NCBI GenBank assembly: GCA_943787795.1
Contig: CALSNU010000003.1
Location: 448,001 to 512,000, forward strand
Length of the DNA stretch: 64,000 nt
Origin: an uncultured bacterium
Lineage (GTDB): Bacteria; Planctomycetota; UBA1135; GCA-002686595
Direction of reading: 5' to 3'
The number at the start of each line of letters is the position of its first letter. Positions within the stretch are counted from its first letter, which is position 1. The position numbers were made by a program, and so were the translations under genes. Below the pieces are notes generated by a model. The model saw only the letters and a program-made list of their open reading frames with translations, ran no database searches and had not been told where the DNA came from. Positions 1 to 9,894 of this stretch are shown here, in pieces.

Positions 1-584
1 TCTATCCCACCGGGCCCGAGGCGCGCCACCGTGGAGGCCTCACCAATCGCGCAGGGGCCCCCGTCGAGGATGGCCGCCAGCTCGTCGTCTTGGAACGTGG
101 CTGCGACCTCCGCGGCGGTGGTGGCGGGCTCCTCGCCCGCTCGGTTGGCGCTCGTCATGACCACGGGGAAGGGTGCGGCGCCAAGAACCGCACGGGTGGC
201 GTCGTGGGCCGGCGCGCGGACCCCTGTCCACCCATCGCTGGAGATCAACTCGAGCCCGGGCGCCGTTGAGCGCAGGACGAGGGTGAGGGGCCCGGGCCAG
301 TATCGAGCGGTCGTCCGCTCCACCATGGCCGCGAGGGCCACGCTGCCCGAGAGGTCCCCTGGGCCACCGACGTGCCAGGTATAGGGCCGAGTCTCGACGG
401 AGCCCTTGATGGCTGCGAGGCTCGCCAAGGCCCCGGGCCGGTCCGCGCGGGCGGCGAGCCCGTACACCGTCTCGGTCGGCATCGAAATCACGGACTCTGA
501 CTCCAGAGCCCGGACCAGGCGCTGGATCACGTCTGCGGCCGGGCGCTGGCCCGCAGGGACGGGGAGGTGCTGCGACTCGCTCAA
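1..584 (-). CDS. tsaC: L-threonylcarbamoyladenylate synthase (Sua5/YrdC/TsaC), 3' end runs off the window
   Basis: Own translation of the minus strand: SMPTETVYGLAA...YWPGPLTLVL...GVRAPAH...VVMTSANRAGEEP...ILDGGPCAIGEASTV, the YrdC/Sua5 motifs. TTG start at 584 is tentative. Confidence 0.9.
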   Translation of the reverse strand, partial: MSESQHLPVPAGQRPAADVIQRLVRALESESVISMPTETVYGLAARADRPGALASLAAIKGSVETRPYTWHVGGPGDLSGSVALAAMVERTTARYWPGPLTLVLRSTAPGLELISSDGWTGVRAPAHDATRAVLGAAPFPVVMTSANRAGEEPATTAAEVAATFQDDELAAILDGGPCAIGEASTVARLGPGGI

Positions 585-673
585 AGGAAGGGCACGGGGA
601 CGCCGTGTCCGGTTAGTCTGCCGCCGGGCCGCCGCGCTTCGCGACGTTTTTGGTCGATCCGCCGGCCCCAGAC

Positions 674-1507
674 ATGGAAGAGGAGATCGATTGGGATAGC
701 CGGCCTCCCTCGGGGCCCGAGGGAGAGGTCAGCGGGCGTCGGCGGATGCTCGCGCGCCTGGCGGGTGGGCTCGCCCATGAGATCAAGAACCCCCTGTCGA
801 CCATGGCGATCAACCTGACCCTCCTGGAGGAGGAGTTCCAGCCCGCGCCTGGGGGAGACGGCGGTCAGTCGCCCGCGGAGAAGCGCTCGCTCAAGCGGGT
901 CAAGACCCTCCAGCGCGAGGTGACGCGCCTCGAGGGCATCCTCGAGGACTTCCTGCGCTTCGTGCGTGGTGGCGACATCAACCGGGCGCCCTCGGACCTG
1001 GTGTCCCTGGTCCGCGACGCCCTTGAGTTCGCCGAGCCGGAGCTCGAGGCCGAGGGGGTCCGGCTGCACGCCTTGCTGCCCGGCTCCCTCCCGCTGGTGA
1101 TGCTCGATGAGGGCACCTTCCGGCAGGCCCTACTCAACCTGATCGTGAACGCTCGCCAGGCCATGCCGGGGGGCGGGGAGCTCATCGTGGAGCTGCGCCG
1201 TGAGGGGCCGCGAGCGGAGCTGACGATCACCGACTCGGGGGTCGGGATGTCTCCCGATCAGCTCGAGCGGTGCTTCGACCTCTACTATTCGACCAAGCGC
1301 AACGGCACCGGGCTCGGGCTCGCCACGGTGAAGCGGATCATCGAGATGCACGACGGTGAGATCGGGGTCATGAGCGAGGAGGGGCGCGGGACGCGCTTCG
1401 TGCTCTGGCTTCCGCTCCTGCAGGAGATCAGGCCCACGCGGACCGAACCTCAACCATCAGAACCGGCGGGCCAGGATACGGCCGGCTCAGGAGGCAGCGA
1501 TGACTGA
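674..1507 (+). CDS. NtrB-like sensor histidine kinase (HisKA + HATPase only, no sensor domain)
   Basis: H-box GLAHEIKNPLS, N-box QALLNLIVNA, G1 DSGVGM, F/G2 YYSTKRNGTGLGL. Start at 674 (ATG) or 650. Confidence 0.92.
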   Translation: MEEEIDWDSRPPSGPEGEVSGRRRMLARLAGGLAHEIKNPLSTMAINLTLLEEEFQPAPGGDGGQSPAEKRSLKRVKTLQREVTRLEGILEDFLRFVRGGDINRAPSDLVSLVRDALEFAEPELEAEGVRLHALLPGSLPLVMLDEGTFRQALLNLIVNARQAMPGGGELIVELRREGPRAELTITDSGVGMSPDQLERCFDLYYSTKRNGTGLGLATVKRIIEMHDGEIGVMSEEGRGTRFVLWLPLLQEIRPTRTEPQPSEPAGQDTAGSGGSDD

Positions 1508-2909
1508 CGAGAGCGCGGGCAAGATCCTCATCATTGACGACGACGAGGGGCACGGCGAGGCCCTCGGGGACGGGCTCGAGATCGACGGATACGAGTGCGT
1601 CATCGTTGGCTCGGGAGGCGCGGGTGTAGCGGCGCTGGAGGAGGGTGCCTACGACGCGGTCTTGACGGACCTCGTGATGCACGATCGCTCCGGGCTCGAG
1701 GTCCTCCAGGAGGCGAAGCGCCTGACCCCCGACACGCCGGTGCTCCTGATCACCGGCCACGCGACGGTGGAGACCGCCGTGGACGCCATGCGCGAGGGCG
1801 CTGAGGACTACCTGAGCAAGCCCGTCAAGCTGGCGGAGCTCCGGGCGAAGCTCTCAAGGGCGATCGAGAAGGGGCGGCTGCGCCGCGACAACGAGTCGCT
1901 CCGCTCCGAGAACGTCGAGCTGCGCCGGCAGTTCGACAAGAGCTTCGGCTTCGATGGGCTGCGCGGGCACTCCAAGGAGATGACGCGCGTCTTTGAGATC
2001 CTCGCCCGTGTGGCTCCCACCAACGCGACCGTGCTCGTGCTCGGCGAGAGCGGGACCGGGAAGGAGCTCATCGCCCGGGCGATCCACACCAACAGCGACC
2101 GGCGCGATCAGAACTTCGTGGCGGTCAACTGCGCGGCGCTGACCGATGGGCTCATCGAGTCCGAGCTCTTCGGCCATGTGAAGGGAGCCTTCACGGGGGC
2201 GGTGAGCGACAAGGAGGGGCGAGTCGCCTACGCCGACGGCGGGACCCTCTTCCTGGATGAGATCGGCGACATGCCCCTGGCGACGCAGGCCAAGCTCCTG
2301 CGGGTGCTCGAGGCGAGGGAAGTCGTGCAGGTGGGCGGCAACGACCCCCGATCCGTGGACATCCGCCTGGTGGCGGCCACCAATCGAAACCTGCGGGAGA
2401 TGGTCCAGGACGGCGAGTTCCGCGAGGACCTCTTCCATCGGCTCCAGGTGGTCGAGCTCATGCTCCCGCCGCTCCGCGAGCGCACCGGAGACGTGCCGCT
2501 CCTGATCGACCACTTCATCGAGGAGTTCCGGGATCTGCACGGCCGCCAGGTGGACGGGATCTCACCCGAGGCGCGCGCGCTGCTGGCGCGGTACCGGTGG
2601 CCCGGGAACGTCCGTGAGCTCCGCAATGCGGTGGAGAACATGGTGCTCCTCGCCGGCGGGGTCATGCTCTCGGTCGACGACGTCCCCGAGTCGATACGGG
2701 CGGCCACCGGCGTCAGCGGAGGGGACACCGGCACGGCGGCCGGTGTGGGCGGCTACGACCTGGCCGGCCGGTCCCTGGATGAAGTGGAGCGCGCGTTGAT
2801 CCGGGCGAACCTCGAGCTCATGGACGGCAACCGCAAGAAGGCGGCCGAGGTCATGGGGATCGGCGAGCGGACGCTCTATCGCAAGATCAAGGAGTACGGG
2901 CTCTCCTAG
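1500..2909 (+). CDS. Sigma-54-dependent response regulator (NtrC/AtoC family)
   Basis: REC domain (IIDDD, LTDLVM), Walker A GESGTGKE, GAFTGA, Walker B LFLDEIG, WPGNVREL, C-terminal Fis-type HTH; overlaps the kinase stop. Confidence 0.96.
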   Translation: MTDESAGKILIIDDDEGHGEALGDGLEIDGYECVIVGSGGAGVAALEEGAYDAVLTDLVMHDRSGLEVLQEAKRLTPDTPVLLITGHATVETAVDAMREGAEDYLSKPVKLAELRAKLSRAIEKGRLRRDNESLRSENVELRRQFDKSFGFDGLRGHSKEMTRVFEILARVAPTNATVLVLGESGTGKELIARAIHTNSDRRDQNFVAVNCAALTDGLIESELFGHVKGAFTGAVSDKEGRVAYADGGTLFLDEIGDMPLATQAKLLRVLEAREVVQVGGNDPRSVDIRLVAATNRNLREMVQDGEFREDLFHRLQVVELMLPPLRERTGDVPLLIDHFIEEFRDLHGRQVDGISPEARALLARYRWPGNVRELRNAVENMVLLAGGVMLSVDDVPESIRAATGVSGGDTGTAAGVGGYDLAGRSLDEVERALIRANLELMDGNRKKAAEVMGIGERTLYRKIKEYGLS

Positions 2910-3436
2910 GCTTTCCCGCGCTGATCGAGGTTCACGCCGCGGGAGCGAAAGATCTTCCAGGAGCCTCGCTCCAGGCGCAGGTCGAGCTCCGCCTCGAAGT
3001 TCCAGTAGGGCTCGGCGGGTTGTCCGAGCGCGCCCTTCCTCAGCAGAACCTTGACGCGGACCGTGCAGGTCTCCTCAGCGCGATCGCGGTCGACGCTGCT
3101 GCTATTGACGCTGCCGCTATCAAAGCTGCCGCCGTCCCCGCTGGGGAGGAATTCAATCCAGGTGGCCGCATCAATCTCGGGGACCAGGTCCCCGCCCCCG
3201 TCGCGGAGGGCCGAGCGGAGGTCACGCCGCTCCGTCCCGGTGTCCTCGTCCATGTAGGACCGCGACACGAAGCGCCTGACGCGCTCCTGATCGTCCTCCT
3301 GAATCGCCTCAACCAGGGCGCTCAGCTGCCTCCGAACCTGGACCTCACGGTCACCGAGCCCGGCCAGGATCCGGGAGCCCCCGAAGACCAGGAGGAGCAG
3401 GCCGCAAAGGGACCATGCGAGGGTCGAGAATCTCAT
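2906..3436 (-). CDS. Hypothetical exported/membrane-anchored protein, possibly NTF2-like fold
   Basis: MRFSTLAWSLCGLLLLVFGG hydrophobic N-terminus; ends with ...LRLERGSWKIF, typical of NTF2-like proteins. Confidence 0.55.
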   Translation of the reverse strand: MRFSTLAWSLCGLLLLVFGGSRILAGLGDREVQVRRQLSALVEAIQEDDQERVRRFVSRSYMDEDTGTERRDLRSALRDGGGDLVPEIDAATWIEFLPSGDGGSFDSGSVNSSSVDRDRAEETCTVRVKVLLRKGALGQPAEPYWNFEAELDLRLERGSWKIFRSRGVNLDQRGKA

Positions 3437-3763
3437 GACGATCAGGGGCGTAGCGGGGCGAGGCGGGGGACGGGGCGTTGAGAGCGGAGGCGAATCGGCG
3501 CTCCGAGCAGGGTAGACTTCCGACGCGTCGAGCGATCCCGTCGGGTGTCTCAATTCGGCGGCCGCGCTCCCGGAGGAGCTCCGAAGACGGATGATCCGCA
3601 CGTACCCACAAACCGGTCCCTGGCGCCTGCCCGTCGGTCGCGATGGGGGCCAAGCGCTCGCGCCGCGGGCGACAGGCAAGGGGGAGAGCGCGGGCGCCCG
3701 GCTGGCCTCATCGCGGTGCCGGCATGCCCTCAGGTCCGCGTCGGTATCGGGAGGGGCTGAGCC

Positions 3764-4558
3764 GTGTTGAACAAGGTCCAAAGGCTCTTCGACAAGGTCA
3801 GGCGCCGCTTCGCCCCCGAAGTGCCGACCCGCTCCCTCAGCGAGTGGGAGGCCCGCCACGAGGAGACGGTCCGGACGTCGGTGGAGGCGGTGCTGCCGTA
3901 CCTTCCTGAGGAGGGCATGTTCCTCGATATTGGCGCGAACATCGGGATCTTCACGCGCCTGCTTCGTGAGGCCCGCCCCTCAGCCACGGGAATCCTCTTC
4001 GAGCCGGTGGCGCGCTACGCCGAGATCTGCCGGGAGCGGTTCTCCGGTGACGACGGGATCGAGGTGGTCCACGCGGCGATGGGGGACGAGGACGCGGTCC
4101 GGACGATCTACAAGGCCGCGCATAACTACGGCGCCAACTCGCTGATGACCGAGATCATGTTCGATCGGCGCCCGAACTCGGCGGTACGTCCCGACACCGT
4201 GATCGAGGAGGAAGAGATCCAGCTCGTGCACGGTTCTCGGTGGCTCCTCGGGCGGGGGATCGAGCACGTGGACATGATCAAGACCGACACGGAGGGCTAC
4301 GACTACGCGGTCCTTGACGGCCTGAGGGAGTGGCTCGTGAAGACCGGTTGCCGCCCGGTGCTGCACGTGGAGCTCCTGGCCGAGGACTATCACCCGCTCG
4401 CAGACCGGCAGCGCCAGGCGCTGGACGCCTATGTCCCCCTTGGCTATCAGGCGGTGGACCTCGAGCGGGACCTCTCCGGGACGGTCGGGGACGTGTTGCT
4501 GATTCCGGGTGAGCGGTCGTCGGAGATGGCGCCGCAGGGAAGCGCGCCGCAGTCATGA
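3764..4558 (+). CDS. FkbM family methyltransferase
   Basis: FLDIGANIG, LFEPV, IKTDTEGYDYAVL motifs. Confidence 0.9.
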   Translation: MLNKVQRLFDKVRRRFAPEVPTRSLSEWEARHEETVRTSVEAVLPYLPEEGMFLDIGANIGIFTRLLREARPSATGILFEPVARYAEICRERFSGDDGIEVVHAAMGDEDAVRTIYKAAHNYGANSLMTEIMFDRRPNSAVRPDTVIEEEEIQLVHGSRWLLGRGIEHVDMIKTDTEGYDYAVLDGLREWLVKTGCRPVLHVELLAEDYHPLADRQRQALDAYVPLGYQAVDLERDLSGTVGDVLLIPGERSSEMAPQGSAPQS

Positions 4559-5913
4559 GCCCCGGCGGCCCCTCCTGGGCGCGTCGGGCGCTGGGCAGCC
4601 GGTTCTTCCGGGAGTCCAGCACGTTGCAGGTTGGGGCCCTGCTGGTGGCCGTGAGCAACTTCATCGGGGCGGTGGTGATGACCCACGTCCTCGGTGCGTA
4701 CGAGCTCTCCATCTTCTATCTCGGCGTGAGCTGCTACTCGCTGCTCTGGGCGCTCCTGAACCTCGGTCTCGCCAACGTCGTGACGAAGCGGATCGCGGCC
4801 GCGATCCGGAGCGGCTCCGAGGACATGATCCTCGGCTGGATGGGGGTGTTCCTCCGCCTGTCGGTGCTGCTGGCCCTTGGCGCCTTGGCCGTGGGCTTGC
4901 TCGTATTTCCGGCCGGAGCCCGGTTCGCCTTCGATGGGGATGGGGATCGCATCGCGCGGCTCGCCAGCGCCCTCGTGCTGATCCCGCTCCTCGACGTGCT
5001 CCGAATTGTCTGCTGCGCAGCCCTGCAGGGAGAGCGCCGGATGGCCGCCCTCGCGCGGGTGGATATGGGCCATGAGCTGTGCCGGCTGGTGCTCGTGGTC
5101 TCGGGGGCGCTGGCCTTCGGGGACGCCTGGGGCGCGGTGCTGGGGCTGCTCGCCTCCTCGGTCTGCGGCAGCCTGCTGGCGCTGGACGCCTACGTTCGTG
5201 AGAGAAGGCGAGCGGGCTCCCTCCTCCCGCCGCTCCTGGGCGCCGCGCGCTCCACGGTCGTCCCCGCCCGGGACGCGCTCCGCGAGGGGGTCCAGGTCGG
5301 GCTCGTTCGCAACGTCGACTCGCTCGGGGTGCAGACCCTGCCGACGCTCATCCTCGGGAGCCTCGGCGATCCCGGCTGGGTCGCCTACCTGCGGATCGCG
5401 CAACGCATGGTCTCGGTGGCCCGGGTGGTCATGCAGGGGATCAATCGAACCGCGCTGCCTGCGCTCTCGCAGCTCGCCGGCGTGAGGGACGTCGCCGGGC
5501 TCCGGAGCACCTATTGGCGAGCGAGCCTGCTCTCCGGCGTGACCATCTCGCTCGGTCTGCTGCTTGTTCTCCCGGCGCTGCCGTTCCTGCTCCCCCGGCT
5601 CTTCCCAGCGGACTTCGTCGAGCCCCTGTGGACCATGGTGCTCATCCTGACCCCGGGTCTCTGCATCGTCAGCTTCTCCGTGGCCAATGACGTCTTCTAT
5701 CTGGTCACAGACCAGATGGGCGTGGCGATCAAGCTCTCGCTCCTCGGGCTCGTGGTCAACACGGCTCAGGTTGCGTTCTTCGCCTGGTGGATGCCGACCA
5801 TCGGGGTGGCTATCGGCCTCACCGTGACCTGCCTCTGGAGCCTCGTTCACGTTGCCTACGCCTGGCTCTGGTTCAGGCGCCACCCCGAGCTGCAGCCCAG
5901 CATCGCCCGATGA
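4555..5913 (+). CDS. Wzx-like oligosaccharide flippase (MOP superfamily)
   Basis: 452 aa with about 12 hydrophobic segments; ATGA overlap with the FkbM gene. Confidence 0.8.
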   Translation: MSPGGPSWARRALGSRFFRESSTLQVGALLVAVSNFIGAVVMTHVLGAYELSIFYLGVSCYSLLWALLNLGLANVVTKRIAAAIRSGSEDMILGWMGVFLRLSVLLALGALAVGLLVFPAGARFAFDGDGDRIARLASALVLIPLLDVLRIVCCAALQGERRMAALARVDMGHELCRLVLVVSGALAFGDAWGAVLGLLASSVCGSLLALDAYVRERRRAGSLLPPLLGAARSTVVPARDALREGVQVGLVRNVDSLGVQTLPTLILGSLGDPGWVAYLRIAQRMVSVARVVMQGINRTALPALSQLAGVRDVAGLRSTYWRASLLSGVTISLGLLLVLPALPFLLPRLFPADFVEPLWTMVLILTPGLCIVSFSVANDVFYLVTDQMGVAIKLSLLGLVVNTAQVAFFAWWMPTIGVAIGLTVTCLWSLVHVAYAWLWFRRHPELQPSIAR

Positions 5914-6623
5914 CCGACCCCTTCGGAGCCGCTGAGGCCGTCCTCTTTGATCTGGACGGGACGCTCTATCGCCTCGCGCCCATGCGCCGGCGGATGCTCT
6001 TCGAGCTTCTGCGCTGGGGGATGATTCATCCCGTCGCCTTCCCCCGATTGATGCGATGCCTGCGCGAGTTTCGCTCCGCGCGCGAGGGTTTGCGGGACTT
6101 CGCTGGAGACGCTGAGGCCCTCGCCGATGTCCAGTTCGAGGTCCCCGCGAAGCGCCTGGGGGTCCCGGCGGAGGAGCTCCGTGAAATGGTCGAGGAGTGG
6201 ATGTTTCGCCGGCCCTTACCGTTCCTGGGGGGAGCCGCCTGGCCGGGCCTCCGAGGGGTGCTCCTTGAGCTGAAGGGGGCTGGAATGCGCCTGGGGGTCT
6301 TCTCGGACTACGCTCCGGAGCGGAAGCTGGAGGCGCTTGGAGTCCGTGATCTGTTCGACGTGGCCCTGGCGGCCACCGACCCGGAGGTGAATCGCTTCAA
6401 GCCGGACCCCCGCGGGTTCGTCGTCGGGGCGGCGAGGTTGGGAGTGGCGCCCACCAAGACCGTCTATGTCGGGGATCGGGCCGACGTGGACGGGGTCGGT
6501 GCGGAGGCCGCTGGGATGGCGAGCGTGATCCTCGCGGGCGCCGACGGCGTTGGCCCACGCTCGATCACGATCCGTGAACTGGGCCAAGTGGTGGCTCTCC
6601 TCACGGGGTCCTCCAAGGGGTGA
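5910..6623 (+). CDS. HAD-superfamily hydrolase
   Basis: Motif I LFDLDGTLY, motif III FKPDP, motif IV YVGDRADVDG; ATGA overlap with the flippase. Confidence 0.9.
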   Translation: MTDPFGAAEAVLFDLDGTLYRLAPMRRRMLFELLRWGMIHPVAFPRLMRCLREFRSAREGLRDFAGDAEALADVQFEVPAKRLGVPAEELREMVEEWMFRRPLPFLGGAAWPGLRGVLLELKGAGMRLGVFSDYAPERKLEALGVRDLFDVALAATDPEVNRFKPDPRGFVVGAARLGVAPTKTVYVGDRADVDGVGAEAAGMASVILAGADGVGPRSITIRELGQVVALLTGSSKG

Positions 6624-6902
6624 GTTCGGGAGCAACGGAGGGTTAGTTCCGGGGCAGGTCAGGGGCGGCCCACCATCTGGGGCGCCAGCAAGGCGTAGTG
6701 GCGCCCTGCGGCGGCGGTGGCTGGGTCGCAGCCTGAGGGAGGGCAAAAAGGCCGGGTCGAGGACCCCCGCTGCGGTGAGCCCTGACGGATGGGTTGTTCA
6801 GCGCGGGCGTAACTCGCGCTCGTCCCTGAAGTAGAACTGCTGCCACCGTCGCGGCGAGGCGAGCACTCGCGGAGCGGGGCTGTGGTAGAACGGGTAGATC
6901 GC

Positions 6903-7451
6903 ATGAGTGGCTTCAAGAAACTGGGCTCGAAGGGCAACGTGGTGCACCGCGTGGTGCTTCCTGGCCCGACGAGAAGAGCAGGCGCCCGAGGTACCGGACG
7001 CAGCGGGGCGAGCCTGCGACGTCCAACCGCGGAATCGGAGGGCCGTTCCCCCTCGCTGCCGGCGGCGTGGGGACGCGGCAGGCCGGCCCCGCCGGTCAAT
7101 ACGCCGGTTGATGCGCCGGCCCCGGCGGCCGACTCGGCCGCCGCCCCGCGCTCGCCCTCTGAAGCTCGCCAAGGGCAGCGGGAAACCGAACTCCTTCAGC
7201 GGCGGATCGACAAGCTCTCGAAGTTGTTGACCGAACAAGAGGAGGAGATCCGGAGTCTCTCAGGTGCCCGTGGCCCCCGGCGGAGTCCCGAGTTCGATGA
7301 AGGGGCGGATGAAGAAGCGACGCCGGTCTACGACCTCGTGAAGCCGGGCGCGCCTGAGAGCCCGCGAGGCGAGAAGCGGCGCGCCTTCATGTCGAAGTTG
7401 TTCCAGGCCAACCTGGATCTTCGAGAAAGCGTCAACAAGTCGAGAGCCTGA
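6903..7451 (+). CDS. Hypothetical protein: disordered Pro/Ala/Arg linker plus conserved helical C-terminal 'FQANLDL' domain
   Basis: C-terminus aligns with the C-terminus of 14923..15957; lies directly upstream of the MamK-like actin. Confidence 0.75.
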   Translation: MSGFKKLGSKGNVVHRVVLPGPTRRAGARGTGRSGASLRRPTAESEGRSPSLPAAWGRGRPAPPVNTPVDAPAPAADSAAAPRSPSEARQGQRETELLQRRIDKLSKLLTEQEEEIRSLSGARGPRRSPEFDEGADEEATPVYDLVKPGAPESPRGEKRRAFMSKLFQANLDLRESVNKSRA

Positions 7452-7590
7452 GCCGATCAGGGCTGGGCAGGCGGCCCCCGCCGACGTTCTCGCTGCGGCC
7501 CTTTTCCGCGAGGCCTTCACACGCCATGCTAAGGCATCGCGCAGGCAGGCCGGTTCTTCGCGCGACGGTAGGGGGCACCACCCAAACAAC

Positions 7591-8659
7591 ATGACGAACA
7601 TTCAGACGGACGCTGCGGACGGGCCGGGCCAGGACCAGGGTGTCCTCTACGTGGGCATCGATCTCGGGACATCCCGCACCTCCGTGACCGCGAGCAACGG
7701 GGTGCGCGAGACCATCGAGTCCTTCGTGGGCTACCCCAAGGACCCGGTGGCCATGAAGCTCCTTAAGAAGGACGTCCTCTTCGGCTCGGAGGCGCGGGGA
7801 GAAGCGCCTCTCGCTCAACCTCCATCGCCCGCTCGAGCACGGCGTCCTCAAGTTCAACGCCGACGGCAGCGAGAACCAGGAGTCGCGGCGGGCGGCCATG
7901 GACCTCGTGAAGGAGATCGTGCGCCTCGCCAAGCCCCGGAAGGACGAGCTGGTGTACGCCGTGATCGGCGTGCCCGCGCAGGCGCAGATCAACAACAAGG
8001 ACGCCATCCTCCAGGCGGCGCGGGAGTCCGTTGACTCCGTGATGCTCTGCTCTGAGCCGTTCTCCGTGGCCTATGGCCTGGACATGCTGGAGGACGTCCT
8101 CGTGATCGACATCGGCGCGGGGACCGTGGACCTCTGCCGGATGCACGGCACCATGCCGGAGGAGTCCGACCAGATCACGATGAACACCGCGGGCGACTTT
8201 GTGGACGAGGAGCTAGGTAAGGAGATCGGGGCCGCCTATCCCCAGGCTCAGTTCACGAAGCAGATGGTCAAGGCCATCAAGGAGCGCCACAGCACGGTCG
8301 ACGCCAACACGGAGAAGATCACCACCGAGCTCCCCGTGGAGGGCAAGCCCACCGCGTTCGATATCACAGAGCAGGTCCGCACCGCGTGCCAGCGCATCGT
8401 GCCGCCCATCGTCGAGGGGCTTGGCAAGCTCATCAGCACGTTCGACCCGGAGTTCCAGGAGCGCCTCAAGAAGCGCGTCCTGCTGGCGGGCGGCGGTAGC
8501 CAGATCCGAGGCCTGGATCGCGCGATCACCGAGGAGATGCAGCGCACCCTCGGCGGCGGCAACGTGATTCGGATCGAAGAGCCCATGTACGGCGGCGCCA
8601 ACGGAGCGCTGAAGATCGCGCACGACATGCCCGAGGAGTACTGGGAGCAGCTGAAGTGA
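7591..8659 (+). CDS. mamK: MamK-like bacterial actin, interrupted by a +1 frameshift in GGGG at 7796-7799
   Basis: VGIDLGTSRT, VGYPKD, AVIGVPA, SEPFSVAYGLD, VIDIGAGTVDLC, LAGGGSQIRGL, GALKIAHDMPEEYWEQL follow MamK closely. Deleting one G gives a continuous 355-aa ORF (EAREKRLSLNLHRPLEHGVL). Confidence 0.85.
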
Positions 8660-9864
8660 GCGACCCCGGAACCCGGGAGCAGCAGGCGGCCGGCGACCCT
8701 CCCGAGGGGCGCCGGCCGTCGCTTCTTCCTCGGTCCATCGCCTCTTGGCTCGTGGCGCTGACGCCTTGGTCCGCGACACTCCTGCTGACGGCCGTCGCGC
8801 GCTCGGCTCCCGAGACCGTCGAGAGCCTCTATTCCCGCGGCCTCTATCCCGGCGTCGCGCAGGCCGTGGCGCAGGCTGCGCACGGCTGGGCAGCGCTCAC
8901 GGGGTCGGAGCTGAGGGGCGGCCCGTTCCTGTCCCTGTCCGAGGCCGGGCTGCTCGCCATGGCCGTGGTCGGGTGCTGGGCCCTGCGGCGTGGGTGGCGC
9001 CAGGGGGGCGCCGGCGCGGTGGCCCGACAGGTGCTCGCGGCGAGCGGCGGCGGCGCCCTTGTGTTCCTGTTGCTGTGGGGACTCAACTACTCGCGCCTCC
9101 CCCTCGCGGTGTCGCTCGAGCTCGAGGCCTCGGGGGTCACGGCCGCGGAGCTGGATCGGGTCGCTGCGGATCTTGAGGCGCAGCTCGCGGTGGACCTTGA
9201 GGGCCTCGACCGCGTCGAGCGCGCGACCGAACCCGCGGCGGCCCTGCGCGCGGCGCGTGACGCGTGGCGCCAGGCCAGCGAGCGGGAGCCATCCCTCGGC
9301 GTCGGCACCGGCGTCCTCGCCGGCGTACTCGCCGGCGTGCTCGTACGGCCCGCGCTGTCAGGCGCCATCGTGAGCGGCGGCATCAGCGGGATCTTCAGTC
9401 CATTCACCCAGGAGGCGCATGTGGCCGGGCATCTCCCAGAGCCTGACTTGCTCTTCACGGCGTGCCACGAGCTTGCCCACGCCCAAGGATGGGCGCGGGA
9501 GGATGAGGCCAACTACCTCGCCTGGCGGGTCGGCAGCCGCGCGGCGGATCACAGCTTGCGGGCGGCGGCGCGGCTGCTGGCGCTGGCGCATGTGCTGGGC
9601 GCCCTGGGGCGCGCGGACCGGGCCGTGCTGGTGGACCGCCTCGAGGGGCTCGACCCGAGGATCCAGGAGGCCCTGGAGGAGCGTGCGCGATTCTGGGACC
9701 GGGAGCGCTCGCCCGCGGCGAGCCGGGCGGCGTCGGCGGTCAACGATGCCTACCTGCGCAGCCAGGGCCAGGACGGCGTGGCGTCCTACGGGCGAATGGT
9801 GGACCTGCTGGTGGCAGAGTGGCGCGCGGCGGGTGGGACGCTTCCTGTGGGAGATCCGCGCTGA
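8656..9864 (+). CDS. DUF3810-family membrane protein with HExxH zincin-like motif
   Basis: LLWGLNYSR, GISGIFSPFTQEA, FTACHELAH, WAREDEANY; GTGA overlap with the actin stop. Confidence 0.82.
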   Translation: MSDPGTREQQAAGDPPEGRRPSLLPRSIASWLVALTPWSATLLLTAVARSAPETVESLYSRGLYPGVAQAVAQAAHGWAALTGSELRGGPFLSLSEAGLLAMAVVGCWALRRGWRQGGAGAVARQVLAASGGGALVFLLLWGLNYSRLPLAVSLELEASGVTAAELDRVAADLEAQLAVDLEGLDRVERATEPAAALRAARDAWRQASEREPSLGVGTGVLAGVLAGVLVRPALSGAIVSGGISGIFSPFTQEAHVAGHLPEPDLLFTACHELAHAQGWAREDEANYLAWRVGSRAADHSLRAAARLLALAHVLGALGRADRAVLVDRLEGLDPRIQEALEERARFWDRERSPAASRAASAVNDAYLRSQGQDGVASYGRMVDLLVAEWRAAGGTLPVGDPR

Positions 9865-9894
9865 GGTCGCGGTTGGAGCGTATATCCTGGCTCC

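Noticed and set aside
7591..8659. Magnetosome gene cluster
   Set aside because: No other mam/mms/mad gene is recognisable in the window.
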